Assembly (NCBI GenBank): GCA_046861385.1
Contig: JBHHTW010000033.1
Span: 1 to 23,847, forward strand
Length of the DNA: 23,847 bases
DNA from: Fidelibacterota bacterium
GTDB taxonomy: Bacteria; Fidelibacterota; Marinisomatia; Marinisomatales; TCS55
Direction: 5' to 3'
The position numbers and the translations under genes are program-made. The notes under the pieces were generated by a model. That model saw only the letters and a program-made list of their open reading frames with translations, was not told where the DNA came from and did not search any database. Position 1 is the first letter of the stretch; each line of letters starts with the position of its first letter. Of this stretch, positions 1 to 7,405 are shown piece by piece.

Positions 1-117
1 TTTGGTAGAAAGGTGTGGATGAAAAAACTCAAAGAAAATTCTGATCCGGGGTTCCTTGAGAGCGTACAAATTTTAGAACATCAAAAACTTTATCAATTGC
101 TGGGTTTTATCTACTAA
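1..117 (+). CDS. 3' end of an unidentified CDS running in from the window edge (partial)
   Basis: Frame 1 is open from base 1 to TAA at 115-117 (FGRKVWMKKLKENSDPGFLESVQILEHQKLYQLLGFIY*). Too short to assign. Confidence 0.4.
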   Translation, partial: FGRKVWMKKLKENSDPGFLESVQILEHQKLYQLLGFIY

Positions 118-242
118 GTGAAAATGAATTCGTACAGCTTGGTGTATTTTTTTGTAAAATAGTGAGTAATAAATTGCCAATTATTTAACATATTTGTACT
201 GTTATGATTTTAATCGTTTTTATGGTTACAATAAAAGAGAGT

Positions 243-262
243 TAGTTGACATTTGTAAACTA
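243..262. promoter_or_regulatory. Imperfect inverted repeat containing a TTGACA -35 hexamer; candidate operator of the TA-like operon
   Basis: TAGTTGACA-TT-TGTAAACTA (8/9 arm match), with TTGACA at 246-251, ending 13 bp before the ATG at 276. Confidence 0.45.
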
Positions 263-275
263 TTCAATGTAAATT

Positions 276-527
276 ATGAATAGGAAAAAACATCCTAATA
301 AAGAGATTGATTCTGCAATTAAACATGCTTTAACTCTTAAATGGAAATTAATAAAGCCTGGAAAAAGTGCCCATATTTGGGGGAAATTATTGTGTCCGAC
401 CGGCGATAGGAGTGCCGGTTGTATCATTTTTGTATATTCGACTCCTCAGGTTCCCGAAAACCATGCAAATCAAATTATTAGAGCTATTAATAAATGTGAT
501 CATGAGTTAAATGAAAATGAAAAATAG
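276..527 (+). CDS. HicA-like small toxin (putative type II TA)
   Basis: 83 aa basic protein with KHPNKEI...W...GKSAHIWG (His in a G-x-x-x-H turn as in the HicA dsRBD fold) and STP..PENHA. Overlaps the downstream regulator-like gene. Confidence 0.65.
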   Translation: MNRKKHPNKEIDSAIKHALTLKWKLIKPGKSAHIWGKLLCPTGDRSAGCIIFVYSTPQVPENHANQIIRAINKCDHELNENEK

Positions 528-1095
528 AAACTACAATTTTATTTTTGTGCTTGAATGTATCTCAAATATAGATGATACTGATGTTGCAGATATTTTATTT
601 GAATCTGGATGTGATGATGCAACCTTATCTGTGAGAGATCAAGTTGCATATCTTGAATTTGATAGAAAATCAAATTCATTGCAGGAAGCAATTGTCTCTG
701 CATTAACAAATGTTCTTGATGCGGATATTGGTGTCAGGGTTAATGCTATCGATCCAGGGGATTATGTTACTTCCGCTGAAATTGCACGGAGAATTAATAA
801 AACCCGGCAGTATATCCAAAAATTAAAAACCGGGAAAGATGATTCAAATATTTTTCCTGCACCAATCGCAGGTCTCCAATCCGGAACATTGATATACAGT
901 TGGAGTCGAATTTCATTTTATTTTTATGGAATGGAAAAATATATTAATAGGGAAGATTTATTAAATGCCCAACTACTAAAGATATTTAATGATATTCTTG
1001 AAAGTAATCAATATCTCAATAAAACTCAAACTGATAGACATATTCTAAGGAAATTCCAAAACCCTAAAATATTCGAGCAAATAGTTTATCCATAA
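511..1095 (+). CDS. HicB-like antitoxin / HTH DNA-binding protein (alternative ATG at 517)
   Basis: Acidic N-terminal domain (GCDDATL...LEFDR...SLQEAIVSAL) followed by an HTH (VTSAEIARRINKTRQYIQKL) and FPAP...W. This is the typical partner of this HicA-like family; the start overlaps the toxin stop. Confidence 0.65.
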   Translation: MKMKNRNYNFIFVLECISNIDDTDVADILFESGCDDATLSVRDQVAYLEFDRKSNSLQEAIVSALTNVLDADIGVRVNAIDPGDYVTSAEIARRINKTRQYIQKLKTGKDDSNIFPAPIAGLQSGTLIYSWSRISFYFYGMEKYINREDLLNAQLLKIFNDILESNQYLNKTQTDRHILRKFQNPKIFEQIVYP

Positions 1096-1301
1096 ATCAT
1101 TTGGCAAAGCATCAAATTTTCCTTTCATTTTTTGGACATCTATCCTCAAACAATATTGAATTATGTATTCAGCTTTATCACTATTGTAAACAAGCATTTT
1201 AATAGGTGGAATCAGCTTGAAAATTTTCACAATAAAAGGAAGTCCAAAAACGATAGTATTTGTAAACTCTCATAAATAAACCATTTACATTTTGCCTCAT
1301 T

Positions 1302-1982
1302 ATGAAAAAAGCCATTATCCTACTGAGCGGAGGTCTCGATTCGGCTACGTGCCTGGCGATCGCTCAACACATGGGTTATGAATTATATGCCCTCTCTTTT
1401 AACTATGGTCAGCGCCATAATTTTGAACTTAACTCAGCAAAAAACATCGCTCATAATTATTCTGTAAAAAAGCACAAAATTATCAAAATCGACCTTCAAT
1501 CCTTCGGACATTCGGCCTTGACAGACAATATAGATGTTCCCAAAGATGCATTATCGAAAGAGGAATCCATTCCCGTTACTTACGTTCCCGCCAGGAATAC
1601 AATTTTTCTTTCTTATGCAATGGCCTGGGCCGAAATCTTACCGTCCAGCCATATTTTCATCGGTGTGAATGCCTTAGATTATAGCGGTTATCCCGACTGC
1701 AGACCCGATTACATTGAAGCGTATCAAAATATGGCAAACCTGGCAATGAAAACTGTTACAGAAACCGGACAACCTATTAAAATTCACACACCACTTTTAA
1801 CCTTAACAAAATCAGGTATTATTCAACGCGGGTTATCATTGGGTGTCGATTATTCCCTGACTCATTCTTGCTACGATCCAAATGAGTCCGGTGAATCCTG
1901 CGGCCATTGCGATGCGTGCCTGCTGCGAAAAAAGGGATTTAAAGAGGCCGGGGTGGAAGATCCCATAATCTATCAGGATTAA
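1302..1982 (+). CDS. queC: 7-cyano-7-deazaguanine (preQ0) synthase
   Basis: SGGLDS PP-loop, [22 protein letters not shown], and C-terminal Zn ligands SCY...CGHCDAC. Confidence 0.97.
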   Translation: MKKAIILLSGGLDSATCLAIAQHMGYELYALSFNYGQRHNFELNSAKNIAHNYSVKKHKIIKIDLQSFGHSALTDNIDVPKDALSKEESIPVTYVPARNTIFLSYAMAWAEILPSSHIFIGVNALDYSGYPDCRPDYIEAYQNMANLAMKTVTETGQPIKIHTPLLTLTKSGIIQRGLSLGVDYSLTHSCYDPNESGESCGHCDACLLRKKGFKEAGVEDPIIYQD

Positions 1983-1984
1983 TA

Positions 1985-2620
1985 TTGTCTTATTTTATTA
2001 AAGAAGTCTATTACTCTATCCAAGGGGAAGGTTATTACACCGGTCGACCGGCTGTCTTCTGCCGTTTTTCCGGATGCAATCTTTGGAGTGGTTTAGAAAA
2101 AGACCGTGAAACAGCTGTATGCAAATTTTGTGATACTGATTTTATCGGGTCTGATGGGCCAGGAGGCGGAATATTTAACAACGCTGAAGAATTGGCGGAC
2201 TATATTTCTCAAATTTGGCCGCAAAACTCCAACCTCAGTCCTTTTTGCGTATGCACCGGCGGAGAACCGCTACTCCAATTAGATCAACCATTGGTGGACG
2301 CGCTCCATTCAAAACATATTGAAATAGCTATTGAAACCAACGGGACGCGGATGCCTCCTGACAAAATCGATTGGATATGTGTTTCACCAAAAATCGGAGC
2401 CAAACTAATATTAACTTCCGGAAATGAGTTAAAACTGATTCACCCTCAATCTTCACAAAACCCGGAACAATATATTAATTTAGACTTTAAGTATTTTTTC
2501 CTGCAACCCATGGATGGACCGAACCTGAAGAAAAATACAAAACAGGCTATGGAATATTGCCGGGCACATCCTCTGTGGCGTTTGAGCTTACAAACCCATA
2601 AATTCTTGGGCATCCCCTGA
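1985..2620 (+). CDS. queE: 7-carboxy-7-deazaguanine synthase, radical SAM, CX14CX2C type (TTG start)
   Basis: SIQGEG..GRPAVFCRF, C-NLWSGLEKDRETAV-C-KF-C, TGGEPLLQ, ETNG, VSPK, LQP, WRLSLQTHK. Confidence 0.95.
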   Translation: MSYFIKEVYYSIQGEGYYTGRPAVFCRFSGCNLWSGLEKDRETAVCKFCDTDFIGSDGPGGGIFNNAEELADYISQIWPQNSNLSPFCVCTGGEPLLQLDQPLVDALHSKHIEIAIETNGTRMPPDKIDWICVSPKIGAKLILTSGNELKLIHPQSSQNPEQYINLDFKYFFLQPMDGPNLKKNTKQAMEYCRAHPLWRLSLQTHKFLGIP

Positions 2621-2627
2621 TTAAATA

Positions 2628-2984
2628 ATGAAAATTTATAAGGATATTATTTTTGAAGCAGCGCACATGCTGCCAAACTTACCCGATGGCCATAAATGCA
2701 AACGGCTACATGGTCATTCCTTTAAAATCCGCATAACGGTAGAAGGCTCCATCAATAAGAGTATTGGTTGGGTGACAGATTACGCAGATATCAAAAAAGC
2801 CTTTGCTCCGATCTATCGTCAACTGGATCATTACTATTTAAATGATATTGAAGGTCTTGAAAACCCTACGAGCGAAAATCTTGCAATTTGGATTTGGGAT
2901 CGATTATCAACCAATCTGGAAAATCTGTTTGAAATAGAAGTAAAAGAAACCTGCTCTACCGGTTGTATTTATAGAGGAAACTAA
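2628..2984 (+). CDS. queD: 6-carboxy-5,6,7,8-tetrahydropterin synthase
   Basis: [31 protein letters not shown], and C-terminal ET motifs; lies in the que operon. Confidence 0.96.
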   Translation: MKIYKDIIFEAAHMLPNLPDGHKCKRLHGHSFKIRITVEGSINKSIGWVTDYADIKKAFAPIYRQLDHYYLNDIEGLENPTSENLAIWIWDRLSTNLENLFEIEVKETCSTGCIYRGN

Positions 2985-3373
2985 TGACAAAAGCTGAAGG
3001 AAAAATTTTCGATTTTGATGGTGAAGATAAAATTAATCCTGAGTTTCTTGAAACATTTGAGTTTGAAAGTCCAAATCAATATATTTCAACTGAAACAGAT
3101 GAATTCACTGCTGTATGCCCATTTAGCGGATTACCTGATTTAGCCTATGTGAAGATTGAATATTATCCTGAAGGTGGAAAATGTATCGAGTTAAAATCCT
3201 TAAAATATTATTTTATCAGTTTTAGAAATGTTGGAATCTATCAGGAAGCGGCCACAAAACGAATCTTTGATGATTTGAATTCGGTGCTAAACACTACTCG
3301 CCTGGTTGTAACAACGATATATAATACACGGGGCGGGTTTGATACGACTTGTATTGAAGGCTGTTTGGATTGA
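2984..3373 (+). CDS. queF: NADPH-dependent preQ0 reductase (preQ1 synthase), unimodular type I
   Basis: [13 protein letters not shown] (catalytic Cys/Asp), QueF motif ELKSLKYY, and RGG near the C-terminus. TAATG stop/start overlap with queD. Confidence 0.92.
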   Translation: MTKAEGKIFDFDGEDKINPEFLETFEFESPNQYISTETDEFTAVCPFSGLPDLAYVKIEYYPEGGKCIELKSLKYYFISFRNVGIYQEAATKRIFDDLNSVLNTTRLVVTTIYNTRGGFDTTCIEGCLD

Positions 3374-3448
3374 ATAAATAATGAGTCTTTTTCCAATGCA
3401 TCTGCAAATGTTTTCATGTAATTTCCCGCCCGAATTTTCAATAAATCA

Positions 3449-3521
3449 GATCCCGTAGCTCAGTTGGTAGAGCAGCGGCCTTTTAAGCCGTTGGCCGTGC
3501 GTTCGAGTCGCACCGGGATCA
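3449..3521 (+). tRNA. tRNA-Lys (anticodon UUU), CCA not encoded
   Basis: Full cloverleaf: acceptor GATCCCG/CGGGATC, D stem GCTC/GAGC, anticodon stem GCGGC/GCCGT with loop CTTTTAA (TTT at 3482-3484), T stem GTGCG/CGCAC with loop TTCGAGT, discriminator A followed by CTC. Confidence 0.97.
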
Positions 3522-3528
3522 CTCGACG

Positions 3529-3574
3529 ATAACCCCTCTTTCTCGACGAGAAATAGGGGGTTATTCTTTATTTT
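3529..3574 (+). terminator. Intrinsic terminator after tRNA-Lys
   Basis: ATAACCCC-TC-TTTCTC-GAC-GAGAAA-TAG-GGGGTTAT hairpin followed by TCTTTATTTT. Confidence 0.7.
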
Positions 3575-3900
3575 CTAACTTCGTCAGAAATAGACACTAA
3601 TTGACAAAAAAAGGCACAGTTAGTGAACACTTTTAACCAGAGATCGTCGTGACGCAGCATAATATAAGTCTTGTATCTTAACCTCCGACTTAATACCGGA
3701 TCGATATGACACCAGTAGAACATAGCGTTCTAGATCGTCTATAGCACTACGGACTGTTAATACGGTGTGCGTTTCCGATAAATCGGGACACTTGGATCGC
3801 ACCCATTAAACCCATCGTACATATCATTTTTCTGTCGAACTTTCATTAAAAAACATCTACAGTAATTTCAAAATTATTCCGACTGACCTGACGGATTGTA

Positions 3901-4260
3901 TTAATGGATCAATTCAGTCTCGGGGAAAAATGAAACCCAAGCAAACCAAAAAGCTGAGATTACCGGTACGGGGCTCAGTGATTGGCCTTCACCTGACATT
4001 ATTTTTCTAGTAGATAAGCTCCACATTCTGCTTTCTTTACCAAAAGATATTGAATTTTCCATGATACGATTTTTATCATCTGAACCAGACCAGTGTAATG
4101 GGAGGTTAAAAGCATTCACAGTGTTACTGCCTGGGTTGTAAGAAATGAGGAAGGTTTTAAATTAAATAGAATCTATTGAAGGAATTTGTTTTTGGACGAT
4201 AACAACTTTAGATGATCCAAACCCTAAATATCTTAAATTCAATTAATTCCTAACTGGATA
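3901..4260 (-). pseudogene. C-terminal remnant of a DUF3179-like protein
   Basis: The ending ...W....GEGQSL.PV...SAFWFAWVSFFPETELI* matches the typical DUF3179 tail (FWFAW..F.P.T). The frame continues upstream past the GTG at 4119 but has in-frame TAA stops at 4162-4164 and 4243-4245, and there is no room for a full gene. The 5' boundary is approximate. Confidence 0.55.
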
Positions 4261-4353
4261 CCTTGTTTGTAAATTTGACAGGATATTTTTTTTCCTAATT
4301 AATTAAAAAGTTAAAAATTGAGGAATTGAATAAAAAAATGAACCTTCATCTCC

Positions 4354-5496
4354 ATGTTTCATAGAATGTTTAAAAGTCAAATCTGTAATCTTCCTATAGT
4401 GATATTACTACTATTTTTCTATGGTTGTGAAATAGATACAACATCACAAAATTCTGCTCCTGAAATTGTCAGCTTATCCGCTGAACCTTCTTCAATTGAA
4501 CCTGGCGGCACATCTATAATAACCTGTTTCGCCAGTGATACAGAGGGAGACAGTCTGTACTATTCCTGGAGTACAACCTGCGGGGAGATCCAAGGAGCCG
4601 GATCAATTGTTACGTATACAGCTCCCCTCTCCGAAGAAATATGTTCTATAAGTTGTACTGTCTCCGATCCGGATGGCGGTGAAGCAACTCAAAGTATCTC
4701 TATTGTCACTGTCAGCCAATCGTTTGATTGGATTATCGTCCCTGCCGGGCCTTATACCTTCGGCATTTACGGTGAAATGCTTGATGATATTGATTATGAC
4801 TTTGAGATAATGAAATATGAAGTGACCAATATCAAATACGTACATTATTTAACCGAGGCATTGGGTTCGGGAAAAATAACGGTTACACCAGATTCAGTCC
4901 TGGGTTATTACGAAGGAGATGAATTATACGGTGCCGGAAATAAATTGTATCTAAATATGGTGGAACCCAGCTCGATTCAATGGGACGGCAGCTCTTTTAC
5001 GATCGTATCCGGATACGAAGATCATCCAGTGGTTTCTGTCACATGGTTTGGTGCCAATGCTTTTGCAAATCATTACGGCCTGGGACTGCCGACTGAAAAC
5101 GAATGGGAGAAAGCAGCCCGAGGGAATACAGGATATGATTATCCTTGGGGAGATGATATTGACGGAAGCAGAGCTAATTATGTGAACAGTGGTGATCCCT
5201 ATGAGCAAGGCTCCTGGGCCGAACAGCCCCAAACAACGCCGGTTGGGTTTTATGATGGAAGCGAACATGATGGTTTTCAAACAGTGGATAGTCCGTCCAT
5301 GTATGGCGTGTATGATATGATCGGGAATGCATATGAATGGTGTAGTACTTGGTACAGTTTATCCTATTATTATCGTGATTTTCGCGGTGGCAGCTGGAGC
5401 AGTGTCACAAACAATCTTCCTGCTTGGCTTCAATATGGTTTATATCCCCACAACGGTTACATCATTATCGGTTTTCGCTGCGTGCGTTATAATTAA
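4354..5496 (+). CDS. Lipoprotein with an Ig/PKD-like domain and an FGE-sulfatase (SUMF1/CLec-fold) domain
   Basis: Lipobox FFYG-C after a hydrophobic stretch; Ig-like module (NSAPEI...ASDTEGDSLYYSW...TVSDPDGG); FGE motifs YEVTN, HPVVSVTW, LPTENEWEKAARG, YPWG, YGVYDMIGNAYEW, RGGSW, GFRC. Lacks the Cys pair of catalytic FGE. The true start may be a later ATG. Confidence 0.88.
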   Translation: MFHRMFKSQICNLPIVILLLFFYGCEIDTTSQNSAPEIVSLSAEPSSIEPGGTSIITCFASDTEGDSLYYSWSTTCGEIQGAGSIVTYTAPLSEEICSISCTVSDPDGGEATQSISIVTVSQSFDWIIVPAGPYTFGIYGEMLDDIDYDFEIMKYEVTNIKYVHYLTEALGSGKITVTPDSVLGYYEGDELYGAGNKLYLNMVEPSSIQWDGSSFTIVSGYEDHPVVSVTWFGANAFANHYGLGLPTENEWEKAARGNTGYDYPWGDDIDGSRANYVNSGDPYEQGSWAEQPQTTPVGFYDGSEHDGFQTVDSPSMYGVYDMIGNAYEWCSTWYSLSYYYRDFRGGSWSSVTNNLPAWLQYGLYPHNGYIIIGFRCVRYN

Positions 5497-5623
5497 TTTG
5501 CCTACCTTATATTAAATGCCCGTAGTAATCAGCCCATGTGAATGAAGCTTTTTTGTTTGGCTGTATTGAAGTTTTATTAATCTTTTATTCACATACTCGA
5601 GAGAATCACTCCTAAGTGAGAAT

Positions 5624-6202
5624 TTACGGTTTATTGGAGCCGCTGTACACTAAATCGACCGTAGTTCGAATTTTGTCTTTTTCAATGATCAATTGGTTGT
5701 TAGTCGTTGTGACGCGAATCATACGGATTTTATTTTTCCCGGTCTGAACTTCAACTACATTTTGAACAGGTTCCGGTCCGTTGAACTCGAATTTTGGCTT
5801 ATAATATTTTGCAATATCTACTTCACCTACTTTGATTTTCTTTCCCAATACCTTTATATAAATTTTGTAAATCGCTTTTTCGACCGTCATTTTTATTTTG
5901 TTGGATTCACCGTCATAAATCACATTTACTTTACTTTTTACAGTGTTGCTGGAGTTAAAAGGACCGGCTTTTAATTCAACTTTTGCAATAAATTCTGCAG
6001 AGCCGGGTTCAAAATCGATCTCAGCTTTTTTGACTTTCCATTTATATTTGACCCCCTGTTTTTTTCCTTTTCCTGTTACAGGTCCGATAGCAGCCACAAA
6101 TTCATTTATCGTCTTCTCAGAAATAGTGACCGTTACATCATCTGCGTATCCTACAGAACTGAAAGCGGTAAAAACTGCATAAATAAGAATGACTTTATTC
6201 AT
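5624..6202 (-). CDS. Secreted hypothetical protein, Lys-rich and beta-strand-rich
   Basis: 192 aa ORF with GGAGG RBS just upstream and a signal-peptide-like N-terminus (…VGYA|DD). Confidence 0.75.
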   Translation of the reverse strand: MNKVILIYAVFTAFSSVGYADDVTVTISEKTINEFVAAIGPVTGKGKKQGVKYKWKVKKAEIDFEPGSAEFIAKVELKAGPFNSSNTVKSKVNVIYDGESNKIKMTVEKAIYKIYIKVLGKKIKVGEVDIAKYYKPKFEFNGPEPVQNVVEVQTGKNKIRMIRVTTTNNQLIIEKDKIRTTVDLVYSGSNKP

Positions 6203-6612
6203 TTGGTAACCTCCTATGTTTTGTTATGGTCATTTATTCTAAATTTTGTAAAAAAGTCTTTCCCTCTGATAAGTGAGTTTTGAATCTATTCTTATGACGA
6301 ATCCCTAATAAAGCATCTGATAATACAACCAGGTGTACTTGTTTTCAACCATCAATACAAGGGGTTATTTAACATTCAATCATCGGTTAAAGTCTATTCA
6401 AACTTATGATGAATATATATTCCGCACCGACAAGACCATAATTCAATTTGACTATCATATCCAATTCCTTTGATAGGAGTAGAATATTTATTCCCATTTT
6501 TAGCCAGTGTTTAATTCAAGGAACGTTTGTAAAATAACCTACCGAACAAATTATTCTTGTTAATAAATGAACCATCACTACACTATGATCCCAACCCCTT
6601 TCATTTTCAACA

Positions 6613-7404
6613 TTGTTTATTAATACTCTACAGGCCTTTTTAATTAAACCAGTTGTTTTTGTGTTGAGTATTCTGGTTGTACGTCAACTCAATCTGCTAA
6701 AATCCCGGTCAGGGATCACCGTTCTGCAGTGGTCAGTGATAATTTTTCTACTGGGGGAAACATTTTGCGGTATAGATATTTATCTATTCCGACAGATGAC
6801 TCACTTCAATGAACTCGTTCATGAAACAGCCATGATGTTCTCATTTTCCGGATTCGTGTGGTCTGCCATGATTTTGTCTAATACTGATCGGAATTGTTTG
6901 GGGATTGCCTGTCCACAGCGAAATTTATGTCAGATTAAGCCGGAAGATTGTTCGCAAGCTCGGATAATGGCTGGGTTATTAAAAGTAGGGTTACTTGGCC
7001 TCATTATTTTATCAGTAATGCCATTTTTTGCAGTACCATTTTCCACCACTGATACGCTGGCCGCTGGAATTGGAAACAAAATTTTCGGTTCATACAGAAT
7101 TGTAGATTATTCATTTCTCTGGAGCTTTCGGCTTTATTTAGCTCCCGGTATAACCCTGGCGGTTTTTTGTGTTATTTTGATTCGATTATTTATTAATGGT
7201 GGCTTAATAAAACTTGATCGAATGCTTTTATCTTTGGGTTTAGGTTTTTTGATATTTATTATTAACCGATTATTTTTACTCTATGTCTTTCGAGAAAATG
7301 GCGCCTGGGGGAATTTTTTTGAAGAGATACAGGAATTAATGTTTATACTTATTTTGCTGATATGGTCGAGAAAAACTATGGTGTCCACCACAATAAATTC
7401 ATAG
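6613..7404 (+). CDS. Multi-pass membrane protein with a four-Cys loop, function unknown
   Basis: About 7 hydrophobic segments; TTG start uncertain; ends 1 bp before the next gene. Confidence 0.7.
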   Translation: MFINTLQAFLIKPVVFVLSILVVRQLNLLKSRSGITVLQWSVIIFLLGETFCGIDIYLFRQMTHFNELVHETAMMFSFSGFVWSAMILSNTDRNCLGIACPQRNLCQIKPEDCSQARIMAGLLKVGLLGLIILSVMPFFAVPFSTTDTLAAGIGNKIFGSYRIVDYSFLWSFRLYLAPGITLAVFCVILIRLFINGGLIKLDRMLLSLGLGFLIFIINRLFLLYVFRENGAWGNFFEEIQELMFILILLIWSRKTMVSTTINS

Positions 7405-7405
7405 A

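Noticed and set aside
1045-1230. 61 aa minus-strand ORF
   Set aside because: GTG start, overlap with the antitoxin 3' end, and no recognisable motif; at most a gene remnant.
1250-1290. Possible preQ1-I riboswitch upstream of queC (CTCTCATAAATAAACCA resembles the 3' A-rich tail)
   Set aside because: The 5' strand and loop lack the GGTTC/GTTC core and the P1 stem is mismatched; not supportable without a covariance-model hit.
1302-3373. Dpd-type 7-deazaguanine DNA modification/defence system
   Set aside because: No dpdA/tgt-like, dpdB-K, helicase or nuclease genes nearby; queF points to ordinary queuosine synthesis.
3620-3802. 60 aa minus-strand ORF in the anomalous segment
   Set aside because: GTG start without a convincing RBS, atypical codon usage, and no motif.
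4354-5496. Catalytic formylglycine-generating enzyme
   Set aside because: The active-site Cys pair after RGGS is absent and no sulfatase gene is nearby; treated as a non-catalytic FGE-fold protein.
3522-7404. Intact integrative element or prophage at tRNA-Lys
   Set aside because: No integrase or phage genes, and no exact duplication of the tRNA 3' end within the window.
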